From positions 1 to 35,322 of the forward strand of contig CANQNZ010000001.1 in NCBI GenBank assembly GCA_947625365.1: a stretch of DNA of 35,322 nt, given 5' to 3'. Every line of letters begins with the position of its first letter. Within the stretch, counting starts at the first letter, position 1. The notes below the pieces were generated by a model. The model did no database searches, was not told where the DNA came from, and saw only the letters and a program-made list of their open reading frames with translations. The position numbers and the translations under genes were made by a program. Origin of the DNA: an uncultured Bacilli bacterium. GTDB taxonomy: Bacteria > Bacillota_I > Bacilli_A > RF39 > UBA660. Shown piece by piece: positions 1-8,669 of this stretch.

Positions 1-1284
1 TATAATGTCGTATTGAATAAAAGTAAAAGCTCTAATCTAGATGATAATCATGTCAAAGTAACAACAGGGGCAGTACCTAAATTACTTTCTAACACAGAAA
101 CTACACCAACTAATACAAGTAGCGGACAAGTACCAAGTGGATATACAGATGGAAATTCAAATATAATAAGTAAAAGTTTTGTAGGACCAAATGAAACAAA
201 GAAAGTAAAGGTAAAAACATGGATGGATAACGCAACAACAACTGCAGAAGGACAAAATAAAACATTTAATTATAAAATCTCGATTGAGACAATAGCTACA
301 AGTCAAACCCCAGAGCTAGAAAGTGTAAATATTTTAGGAAAAAATTATCCAGTAATAGCCGCCACACCAGATTTTACAAAAGGCTTTCCAAATTCATCCA
401 CAACTGATGATGATAAAAAGAACCTAAGCGGACTGTACCAATCATACGATGATGATGGCGATACATATTATTTTAGAGGAGCAGTTGAAGATAATTATGT
501 CGAATTTGCTGGAAAGACTTGGAGGATATTGCGAATAAATGGAGATGGAACAATAAGATTAATACTGAATGAAAATTTAACCGAAACAAAAGCATTTAAT
601 ACAACATATCAAGGATACCAGTATGTTGGCTATACACGAGATAATAGCTCATCTTGTACAAATGCAAACCCATGTAAAAGTACATATAGTTTAAGTAATA
701 ACTCATTTACTATGACACCAGACGGAACACCAAGTGATATAAAAAATTATTTGGAAAATTGGTATCAGGAGAGCTTGGCTCGAACAGAGGTAAATGGAAA
801 AAAAGCTGATGAATATATAACAACTACGACTTTTTGTAATGATACATCATATGGCTCAGGAACTGAGGATACAGGAACACTTTATTATGGAGCATATAAA
901 AGAATAGCAACAAATAAGAAACCAAGCTTGGAATGCCCAGACCCATATAAGAAGGATAATAGTGAATTAAGAACTTATGGAGGAGTATATAAATTAAAAA
1001 TAGGACTTATAAATGGAGACGAATTAAATATGGGAGGGTACTCATGGAGCTCTCCATATGCAACAGCAGAAAACTACTTGAGACATACATCATGGTATTG
1101 GACTCTGTCGCCTCATAATGCTAATACATCTAACGCCTTTGTACTTTTTGCTAGTAGTGTCGGTCGCGTCGACTACAGCTACGTCAATCTTAATGTTGGC
1201 GTCGCCCCAGTTATCAATCTGTCAACTGGTACACTGTCCACTAGCGGAGATGGAACATCTGGTTCGCCATTTAAAATAAATTAG
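1..1284 (+). CDS. Secreted/surface protein, probably 5'-truncated by the window edge; C-terminal region resembles a DUF6273-type domain
   Basis: The frame is open from base 1, with no stop before the TTG at 13, so the CDS probably begins upstream of the window. The protein is Thr/Ser/Asn-rich. Motifs KTWRILRINGDGTIRLI, SWYWTLSP and VGVAPVINL recall the WRVL...WWLRSP...GVRPAL pattern of DUF6273-like domains (from memory, not searched). TAG stop at 1282-1284. Confidence 0.5.
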   Translation, partial: YNVVLNKSKSSNLDDNHVKVTTGAVPKLLSNTETTPTNTSSGQVPSGYTDGNSNIISKSFVGPNETKKVKVKTWMDNATTTAEGQNKTFNYKISIETIATSQTPELESVNILGKNYPVIAATPDFTKGFPNSSTTDDDKKNLSGLYQSYDDDGDTYYFRGAVEDNYVEFAGKTWRILRINGDGTIRLILNENLTETKAFNTTYQGYQYVGYTRDNSSSCTNANPCKSTYSLSNNSFTMTPDGTPSDIKNYLENWYQESLARTEVNGKKADEYITTTTFCNDTSYGSGTEDTGTLYYGAYKRIATNKKPSLECPDPYKKDNSELRTYGGVYKLKIGLINGDELNMGGYSWSSPYATAENYLRHTSWYWTLSPHNANTSNAFVLFASSVGRVDYSYVNLNVGVAPVINLSTGTLSTSGDGTSGSPFKIN

Positions 1285-1286
1285 GT

Positions 1287-1306
1287 ATAAACGCGAAAGC
1301 GTTTAT
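1287..1306 (+). terminator. Putative hairpin terminator after the surface-protein gene
   Basis: ATAAACGC-gaaa-GCGTTTAT forms an 8-bp stem with a GAAA tetraloop just after the stop codon. The downstream tract is AT-rich but is not a clean U-run. Confidence 0.45.
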
Positions 1307-1463
1307 ATATAGATAAGTCAAAGAAACTTTTTATTGTTACACTTCGTTATATAATAAAAATGTATTCCTATTATTATTCTTTGACTGGAAAGAGGTAATA
1401 GATTTATCTCTTTTTTAGTTAAAAAAATTAATTTAAGTGATATAATTAAATTAGAATAGGAAG

Positions 1464-4400
1464 ATGAACATGATAATAAAAGATGGAAATAAAGCAGTAA
1501 GTGATGTGGCCTATTATTTTAGTGAACTAGCAGCTATCTACCCAATTACTCCTTCTTCACCGATGGCTAGTAATGTGGATAATTTAGCTAGTGAGCAGGC
1601 GAAGAATCTTTTTAATGATACGGTTAAGGTAGTGGAAATGCAAAGTGAAGCAGGGGCAGCAGGTAGTTTGCATGGAGCTTTAATTAGCGGGTCTTTAGCT
1701 ACTACTTTTACGTCTAGCCAAGGTCTTTTATTGATGATACCAAATATGTACAAAATCGCCGGCGAAATGTTACCAGCCGTAATTCATGTTGCATCAAGAA
1801 GTATTGCCACGCATGCTTTATCAATTTATGGCGACCATCAGGATATATATGCCACCAGACAGACTGGCTTTTGTATGTTATCATCATCTTCAGTTGAAGA
1901 TAGTCAATATATGGCCGCTGTAGCTCACTTAGCAGCTATTGAAAGTTCGTTACCTTTTTTACATTTTTTTGATGGATTTCGCACAAGTCATGAAATAAAC
2001 AGCATAGAAGAAATAGATTTGGAAAAAATTGGTAAGTTATTCAATAAAGAAAAAGTTAATGAATTTCGTAAACGTATGTTAAATGTCGGAAATAATATTC
2101 AAAAAGGAATGTCTGAGGGAGAAGATATTTATTTTTCTTCTACAGAGGCACGTAATAATAGTTATAGCGCAGTAGCTGGTATAGTAAATAATTATATGCA
2201 AGAGATAAATGCTATTGCTGCTACTAATTATGCGCCTTTTAATTACTATGGTGATGAGCAAGCCACTAATATAATTATAGCCATGGGTAGTGTATGTGAT
2301 ACTATACGTCTTGTGGTTGATAATGAAAATAAAAAGGGTAAAAAATATGGAATGATAGAAGTTCATTTATATCGTCCGTTTAGTGTTGAACATTTAAAAA
2401 ATGTTTTGCCAGAAAGTGTTTGTAATATTGCTGTTTTAGATAGAACTAAAGAGTTTGGGGCTCCCCATGAACCATTATGCTTAGACGTTATCAGCGCTTT
2501 AGGTGACCTTCCTCTTAATATTGTCGGAGGACGTTATGGTCTAGCTAGTAAAAATACGACTCCAGCTGATATTAAAAGTGTCTTTAATATGTTAGAAGGA
2601 CCTTTACAAGATAATTTTACCATTGGTATTAATGATGATGTTACACACTTAAGTTTGAAACCAGTTAGTTATCATTTAGATATGCCCGCTCAAGAAATTA
2701 TTATTTATGGTTATGGTTCAGATGGTATGGTTAGTGCTAGTAAGGATTTACTAAATATTGTTGCTAAGACTAAAGAAAAGTATGTTCAAGGTTATTTTGA
2801 ATATGACTCAAAAAAAAGTGGGGGCGTAACTAAATCTCATTTACGTATTGGTAGTAAACCTTTAAAAGCCCCATTTTATATAAGTAATCCTTTATGTGTT
2901 GTAATAAGTAAAGAAGAATATTTATTTACTTTTGATACTATTTCTAATATTAAAGAAAATGGTTTAGTTATTTTAAATTCATCTTTTGAAGGTGATTTAA
3001 ATGATTATTTACCTGATGCTTTTAAAAAAGTATTAAGTGAAAAAAAAGCACATTTAATTGTCATTGATGCTAATAGTTTAGCTCATAAATATGAGTTAGA
3101 TGGTAAAATAAGCAAGATAATGGAGTTAGTTATTTTAGAAGTTTTAGGAGTTGCAAAAGCTAGTGAATTATTAGAGAAAAATATTATTAAGAAGTTTAAA
3201 ACTAAAGGGGAAGAAATAGTAGAAAGAAATATTAAGGCATTAGAAGAAGTTAAGGCTAATGTTAAGATAATTAAGCAACGCTTTACTTATGATGGTAAAA
3301 CACAAGAAGAAAAACTTAATGTTCGTGATTTAATTAATGCTCGCAGGGCAGATAAGTTAAAGGTAAGTGATTTGCTTGCCTATAAAGATGGAACTTTTAG
3401 TTGTGAAACAAATAATAGTCGTTTGAAAATTTCCAAACGCATTCCTAAATGGTTAAAAGAAAATTGTATCGAATGTGGAATGTGCTCCCTAATTTGTCCG
3501 CATGGTGTTATTAGACCTTTTATAACTGATGATGATAATCCTAAGTTTTTAATCGCTGTCAATGCGGAAAAATGTACGGGATGTGGTTTGTGTATGGAAG
3601 CATGTCCTGGTAAAAATGGAGTAAAAGCTTTAACATGGCAAGCTAATACGCAAAATGGTAAGCCAATTGAAGTGTTATTTGACAAACATGAAAATGTTTC
3701 TAATTTAAATAAATATACGATAAAAGGTAGTCAACTTTTAAAACCACGTTTTGCCTATAGTGGTGCTTGTGCAGGTTGTGGACAAACTGCATATATTAAA
3801 CTTTTGACGCAACTTTTTCAAGATGATTTAATTATTGCTAATGCTACAGGTTGTTCTAGTATTTATGGAGGTAGCGTGCCTGTTACTCCTTATAGTATTC
3901 CGTGGGCTAATAGTTTGTTTGAAGATAATGCGGAATTTGGCTATGGAATGTATTTATCTTATAAAAATTTACGCAAACGAGTAGAGCAGATTATGGAAAA
4001 GACTATGGATAAAGTAGATAGTAAGATAAAAGAAGATTATCATAAATGGTTAGATAATAAAAATGATTATGCTATAACTAGAGCAGTTAAAGAAAGTTTA
4101 GCAAGCAAAAAGATACCTAAAGAATTAAAAGAATTAATTAATTATATTCCTTCTCGTAGTATTTGGTGTATAGGTGGAGATGGTTGGGCATACGATATTG
4201 GCTTTAGTGGTATCGACCATATTTTATCAAGTAATGAAAATATTAATATTTTAGTTTTAGATACCGAAGTTTATTCTAATACAGGTGGGCAAGCCAGTAA
4301 GGCTTCATCTTTGGCTCAAGTCGCTGAATTTGCTGAATTAGGTAAAAAGACCGTGAAAAAAGACTTATTTAAAATAGCTATGTGTTATCCTAATGTCTAT

Positions 4401-4784
4401 GTTGCGAGCATATGTTTAGGAGCCAACCCTATGCAAACTATTAAAGCTTTTAAAGAAGCCTATGAACATCAAGGACCTTCTATTATAATTGCATATGCAC
4501 CATGTGTTGAACAAGGCATTAAAAATGGAATGAAATGTTCTTTAACAGAACAAAAAAAATTAATTGAATGTGGTTATGAAATTTTAATGCGTTATAAAGA
4601 TGATAAATTAATAATAGATAGTAGCACGCCCGATTTTACAAAATATGAAGAGGTTTTACTAGGGGAAGTACGTTTTAAGGCTTTAAAGATAAAAAATAAA
4701 AAACAAGCAGATGAACTACTTGCTTTAAATAAAAAGTACGCTATTAAACGTTATAATTATTATCAAGATTTAGCTAATAAATAA
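1464..4784 (+). CDS. nifJ: Pyruvate:ferredoxin (flavodoxin) oxidoreductase, single-chain PFOR
   Basis: 1106-aa ORF. Two 4Fe-4S ferredoxin motifs are present: CIECGMCSLICPHG and CTGCGLCMEACPG. TPP-binding motif GGDGWAYDIGFSGIDH. N-terminal DGNKAVSDVAYYFSE is typical of PFOR. An alternative ATG at 1470 has better spacing from the AGGAAG Shine-Dalgarno sequence. Confidence 0.95.
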   Translation: MNMIIKDGNKAVSDVAYYFSELAAIYPITPSSPMASNVDNLASEQAKNLFNDTVKVVEMQSEAGAAGSLHGALISGSLATTFTSSQGLLLMIPNMYKIAGEMLPAVIHVASRSIATHALSIYGDHQDIYATRQTGFCMLSSSSVEDSQYMAAVAHLAAIESSLPFLHFFDGFRTSHEINSIEEIDLEKIGKLFNKEKVNEFRKRMLNVGNNIQKGMSEGEDIYFSSTEARNNSYSAVAGIVNNYMQEINAIAATNYAPFNYYGDEQATNIIIAMGSVCDTIRLVVDNENKKGKKYGMIEVHLYRPFSVEHLKNVLPESVCNIAVLDRTKEFGAPHEPLCLDVISALGDLPLNIVGGRYGLASKNTTPADIKSVFNMLEGPLQDNFTIGINDDVTHLSLKPVSYHLDMPAQEIIIYGYGSDGMVSASKDLLNIVAKTKEKYVQGYFEYDSKKSGGVTKSHLRIGSKPLKAPFYISNPLCVVISKEEYLFTFDTISNIKENGLVILNSSFEGDLNDYLPDAFKKVLSEKKAHLIVIDANSLAHKYELDGKISKIMELVILEVLGVAKASELLEKNIIKKFKTKGEEIVERNIKALEEVKANVKIIKQRFTYDGKTQEEKLNVRDLINARRADKLKVSDLLAYKDGTFSCETNNSRLKISKRIPKWLKENCIECGMCSLICPHGVIRPFITDDDNPKFLIAVNAEKCTGCGLCMEACPGKNGVKALTWQANTQNGKPIEVLFDKHENVSNLNKYTIKGSQLLKPRFAYSGACAGCGQTAYIKLLTQLFQDDLIIANATGCSSIYGGSVPVTPYSIPWANSLFEDNAEFGYGMYLSYKNLRKRVEQIMEKTMDKVDSKIKEDYHKWLDNKNDYAITRAVKESLASKKIPKELKELINYIPSRSIWCIGGDGWAYDIGFSGIDHILSSNENINILVLDTEVYSNTGGQASKASSLAQVAEFAELGKKTVKKDLFKIAMCYPNVYVASICLGANPMQTIKAFKEAYEHQGPSIIIAYAPCVEQGIKNGMKCSLTEQKKLIECGYEILMRYKDDKLIIDSSTPDFTKYEEVLLGEVRFKALKIKNKKQADELLALNKKYAIKRYNYYQDLANK

Positions 4785-4896
4785 AAAAGGAAGTTGCCCC
4801 CCTGAAGAGCAACTTCAAAAGAATAAAAAGGGGTTGGCTAGTGTGATACTAGCACCAATTCGCCTTTGGTGAATTGGTGATTAATATACTAATTGA

Positions 4897-4927
4897 AAAG
4901 GTGTTTTTTGTCAACACTTTTTTTAAA
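4897..4927. terminator. Bidirectional rho-independent terminator between nifJ and the convergent receiver-like gene
   Basis: AAAAGGTGTT-ttttgtc-AACACTTTTT forms a stem flanked by an A-run upstream and a T-run downstream, so it can act as a terminator on either strand. Confidence 0.7.
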
Positions 4928-4945
4928 TTTTTTAAAATTAATTTT

Positions 4946-5368
4946 TTATTTTCGAACTAAATAAGCTTTTCCGGAATTTATTTGGGTAATTAAAGATGAA
5001 ATTAATCCTCTAAGTTCTTCTTTGTTATTAGTTTGATTAATTATTGGATAGCCAGAATATAGCAAAGTATTTAACTCTTCATCTGTTGCTTGCATAGCAG
5101 AATAGATAATAGTTGGTATGTGAACTTCTTTTGCAATTAAACTTTCTACTAATCTTAAACCAATTTTATCATTATAAATATTAGGGTTTGATAAAGATAA
5201 AGAAACATCTAAATCTAAACATATAAAATCATATGTATCATTATCTATGCTTTTTTCAGCATCAACAACATTTTTAACTGTAGTTATATCATGCACTTCA
5301 TTAATATATAAAGTTGATATTATTTCACCAATCTTATAATAACTATCAGAAACGACTAAAGCTTTCAT
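4946..5368 (-). CDS. Stand-alone CheY-like receiver-fold protein (degenerate)
   Basis: 140 aa. The pattern fits a receiver fold: beta1 MKALVVSD, beta3 with a candidate acceptor Asp (DFICLDLDV), and beta4 PTIIYSA. The conserved Lys-Pro of beta5 is not evident and there is no output domain. Confidence 0.35.
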   Translation of the reverse strand: MKALVVSDSYYKIGEIISTLYINEVHDITTVKNVVDAEKSIDNDTYDFICLDLDVSLSLSNPNIYNDKIGLRLVESLIAKEVHIPTIIYSAMQATDEELNTLLYSGYPIINQTNNKEELRGLISSLITQINSGKAYLVRK

Positions 5369-5479
5369 AATATAATAGCTCCTTTCAGCTCCAATATCAT
5401 ACCTTAAAATTTCTAAAAATACAACATAAAATCGTTAGACAAATAAATGTTTGTGTTATATAATTAAGATGGTGTTAAA

Positions 5480-7468
5480 ATGGAGATAGAAAATTTAAAA
5501 GGAGTAGGTCCTAAAACTTTAGATGCTTTACATAAATTAGAAATCTATAATATTAATGATTTATTATCATATTATCCATTTCGTTATCAAGTTTTAAAAC
5601 CAGAAGTTTTAGATAATAGCGATAATGTAAAGACTATTGTAGGTAAAGTAGAAAGTGCACCTAGAGTTATATTTATTAAAAGAAATTTAAATCGTTTAGC
5701 TTTTCGATTTATAACTGAAGGAAAGATAATAAATGTATCTATTTTTAATCGTGGCTTTTTAAAAGATAAAATTCAAATAGGCTCAGATTTAACTTTGATA
5801 GGTAAATATAATAGTAAAACTAATAACTTTGCAGCTAGTGATATTCGTTTATTTAAATTAGAAGAAACACTGATAGAACCTAAATATCATTTAATTAAAG
5901 AAATGAAATCAAATTTATTTTCTAAATTAATGGGGCAAGCTTTAAATAGTAATGAACCAGTAGTGGATTATATTCCTTTATATTTAAATAAAACTTATAA
6001 ATTTTTATCTAAATGGGAGGCATTAAAAGAAATTCATCATCCTACTAATCTTACCTTGTTAAAAAAAGCTAAACTAAAATTTATATATGAAGAATTATTT
6101 ATATTTATGTTTAAAATAAATTATTTAAAATATAAAAAATCTTTAGAACATGATTTTTTGAAAAGAACGAATAAAGAAAAAGAAGTATTAGATTTTACTA
6201 AGAATTTACCTTTTTCTTTAACTAAAGATCAAGAAAAGGCTACTCAGGATATTTTAAATGATTATATTGCGCCCAAAAGAATGAACCGCTTAGTTTTAGG
6301 TGATGTAGGAAGTGGTAAAACAATTGTAGCTTTTATTGCTATTTATGCTAATTATTTAGATAATTATCAAAGTGTTCTTATGGCGCCAACGGAGATTTTA
6401 GCAAAACAACATTATGAAAATATAATTAAAATAATGGCAAATTATGATATTAAAGTAAAACTTTTAATTGGTAGCATGAAAAAGAAGGAAAAACAGCAAA
6501 TTTTAGAGGAAGTAAAAGAGCAGAAAATTGATGTTTTAATTGGAACCCATGCGGTTTTGAATGAAAATTTGGTTTTTGCTAATTTAGGATTAGTAATAAC
6601 GGATGAACAACATCGTTTTGGAGTTAATCAAAGAAGTAGCTTGCAAAATAAAGGACAAAAAGTTGATGTTATTTATTTAAGTGCAACGCCTATTCCTCGT
6701 ACGTATGCTTTAACTTTATATGGGGATATGGATACTTCTTTAATTAAAAGTAAACCTAAAGGACGCCGGCAAGTTATAACTGATATAAAAAAAGAAAGCG
6801 AGCTTAAAGAAGTATTACAAGCAATTTTAACGCAGATAAAATTAGGACATCAGATTTATGTTGTTGCTCCTTCTATTTTAGATAATGAAGATAATGAACT
6901 GGAAAACGTAAATTCTTTAAAAGAAAAATTTAATCAAGCCTTTAAAGGATTAATTAAAATAGGGGTTTTACATGGGAAGCAAAAACCGGCGGAAAAAGAA
7001 AAGATTATGCAAGATTTTGCAGAAAACAAATATAATATTTTAATCTCCACTACAGTTATTGAAGTAGGTATTGATGTCGCTAATGCGACAATGATGGTAG
7101 TCTTTAATGCGGAGCGTTTTGGCCTTGCTACTTTGCACCAGTTAAGAGGGAGAGTAGGACGAAGCAATTTAGATAGTTATTGCTATTTAATAAGTAATTA
7201 TGAAAAAGAAAGATTGCAAGTATTAAAAGAAAGTAATGATGGTTTTTATATTAGTCAAAAAGATTTTGAATTGCGAGGAGAAGGAGATTTATTTGGTTCT
7301 AAACAAAGTGGAGATATGAGTTTTAAAATTGCTAATTTACAAAGGGATTATAAGATTTTATTGCAAGTAAAAAAGGACTCTTTAGAATATTTACAGGAAT
7401 TATTAAAAGGAAATACGCATAGTTCTTATTACGACCAAATAATTAAGAAAATAGATTTTATTGATTAA
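5480..7468 (+). CDS. recG: ATP-dependent DNA helicase RecG
   Basis: 662 aa. Walker A GDVGSGKT, DEQH box (ITDEQHRFG), helicase motif VI QLRGRVGRS, and an N-terminal wedge-domain region. Confidence 0.93.
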   Translation: MEIENLKGVGPKTLDALHKLEIYNINDLLSYYPFRYQVLKPEVLDNSDNVKTIVGKVESAPRVIFIKRNLNRLAFRFITEGKIINVSIFNRGFLKDKIQIGSDLTLIGKYNSKTNNFAASDIRLFKLEETLIEPKYHLIKEMKSNLFSKLMGQALNSNEPVVDYIPLYLNKTYKFLSKWEALKEIHHPTNLTLLKKAKLKFIYEELFIFMFKINYLKYKKSLEHDFLKRTNKEKEVLDFTKNLPFSLTKDQEKATQDILNDYIAPKRMNRLVLGDVGSGKTIVAFIAIYANYLDNYQSVLMAPTEILAKQHYENIIKIMANYDIKVKLLIGSMKKKEKQQILEEVKEQKIDVLIGTHAVLNENLVFANLGLVITDEQHRFGVNQRSSLQNKGQKVDVIYLSATPIPRTYALTLYGDMDTSLIKSKPKGRRQVITDIKKESELKEVLQAILTQIKLGHQIYVVAPSILDNEDNELENVNSLKEKFNQAFKGLIKIGVLHGKQKPAEKEKIMQDFAENKYNILISTTVIEVGIDVANATMMVVFNAERFGLATLHQLRGRVGRSNLDSYCYLISNYEKERLQVLKESNDGFYISQKDFELRGEGDLFGSKQSGDMSFKIANLQRDYKILLQVKKDSLEYLQELLKGNTHSSYYDQIIKKIDFID

Positions 7469-7500
7469 TTGTATTATAATTTAATTAGGGGATGATACTA

Positions 7501-8166
7501 ATGGATAGACGATTAATAAAAAAAGAAGCTTGGGATTTAACTAAAGAGAAGTTTTTAGATTTATGGAAAGTGTTAATTATTAACATGGCTATATCATGTG
7601 CATATATGGTGTTATTTAATTATGGACTTAAGGGAGTAAATGAAAACTTAACATCAGCGCTTGCTATGGTATATAATTTAATAACAATTCCTTTCTCATT
7701 TGGTTTAAATAAATATTTCTTAGCGTGTGCTCGCCGAGAAAAAGCAAGTATTAAAGATTTACTGTATTATTATCGCCATAATATTATTGAGACTATTGTT
7801 TTATCAATGATTTTAAGTTTAGGTTATAATATTGGGTTAATTTTATATATTTTTCCTGCTGTTTTAATGTATTTATTTGTATCAATGTCTGAAAATTGTT
7901 TGATTGATGGAACTAGTAATCCTATTGATGCTTTATCGCAAAGCTGTAAATTAATGAAAGGGTATAAATGGGATTATTTAAATTTTTTAATTAGTTATTT
8001 ATTATGGTTCTTTTTAGGAATTGTAACAATGGGGCTTGCTTTTATTTGGGTATTACCTTATTTTACAATGTCTCAAAAGATTTATTATTTGAAATTAAAA
8101 GAAATAAAGAGTCCAAAAAAGGAAAAGAAGAAAAGTAAGGCTAAATTTAAAAAGACTGAAAAATAA
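7501..8166 (+). CDS. Multi-pass membrane protein, DUF975-like
   Basis: Several hydrophobic helices and a Lys-rich C-terminal tail. The overall layout resembles DUF975 integral membrane proteins (from memory). The ATG at 7501 lies 9 nt after the AGGGGA Shine-Dalgarno sequence, whereas the ATG at 7492 abuts it. Confidence 0.45.
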   Translation: MDRRLIKKEAWDLTKEKFLDLWKVLIINMAISCAYMVLFNYGLKGVNENLTSALAMVYNLITIPFSFGLNKYFLACARREKASIKDLLYYYRHNIIETIVLSMILSLGYNIGLILYIFPAVLMYLFVSMSENCLIDGTSNPIDALSQSCKLMKGYKWDYLNFLISYLLWFFLGIVTMGLAFIWVLPYFTMSQKIYYLKLKEIKSPKKEKKKSKAKFKKTEK

Positions 8167-8176
8167 TAGGAAGTAT

Positions 8177-8641
8177 ATGAATGTAGTAAAGTTAGAAAAA
8201 GAAAATAATATTAATTTTCTAGATATATTTTATAAAACTCATTGGCAAGCTGAAGTAAGAAATTTTTTAAATGAATTTTGGCAGCTTAATCCTGGTGCTC
8301 TTAATATAGGGGTTTATTTTCATGATACCAGTATTTCTATTGAAGCAGAAAGTGGCGGGATTATAGAAGATATTTTGAAAATTCGCTTGCATGGTTTTTC
8401 TCGTAAGGGGCGAATTTTAGCCTTAAAATTTATTTATGGCAGTCTTTTATATTTACAGATAAATTATCAAAATAAAGTTATCTATTTTTGCAATGTAGAA
8501 GTGCGAAATAGACTTTGGGGTAAGTTTAAATATTCTAATGAAGAATTCGAAAAAGTAATGGAGCGCTATATTAATCTTTTAAGTTATTGGCCCAAAGATG
8601 AAAATATTGTTAATAAAAAGTTGTTAAAATTATATAAATAG
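8177..8641 (+). CDS. Hypothetical protein (154 aa)
   Basis: Intact ORF in a genome rich in stop codons. AGGAAG Shine-Dalgarno sequence upstream. No recognisable motif. Confidence 0.55.
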   Translation: MNVVKLEKENNINFLDIFYKTHWQAEVRNFLNEFWQLNPGALNIGVYFHDTSISIEAESGGIIEDILKIRLHGFSRKGRILALKFIYGSLLYLQINYQNKVIYFCNVEVRNRLWGKFKYSNEEFEKVMERYINLLSYWPKDENIVNKKLLKLYK

Positions 8642-8669
8642 TGGTATTATAAATGGCGGAGGGTTTTAT

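Noticed and set aside
1538-3685. Three antisense ORFs inside nifJ (1538-1753, 2079-2366, 3380-3685)
   Set aside because: They are fully embedded antisense to a strongly supported, motif-rich CDS. They have low-complexity or odd composition and no ribosome-binding sites.
6934-7167. Antisense ORF inside recG
   Set aside because: It is embedded opposite the conserved helicase motif region of recG and has no independent support.
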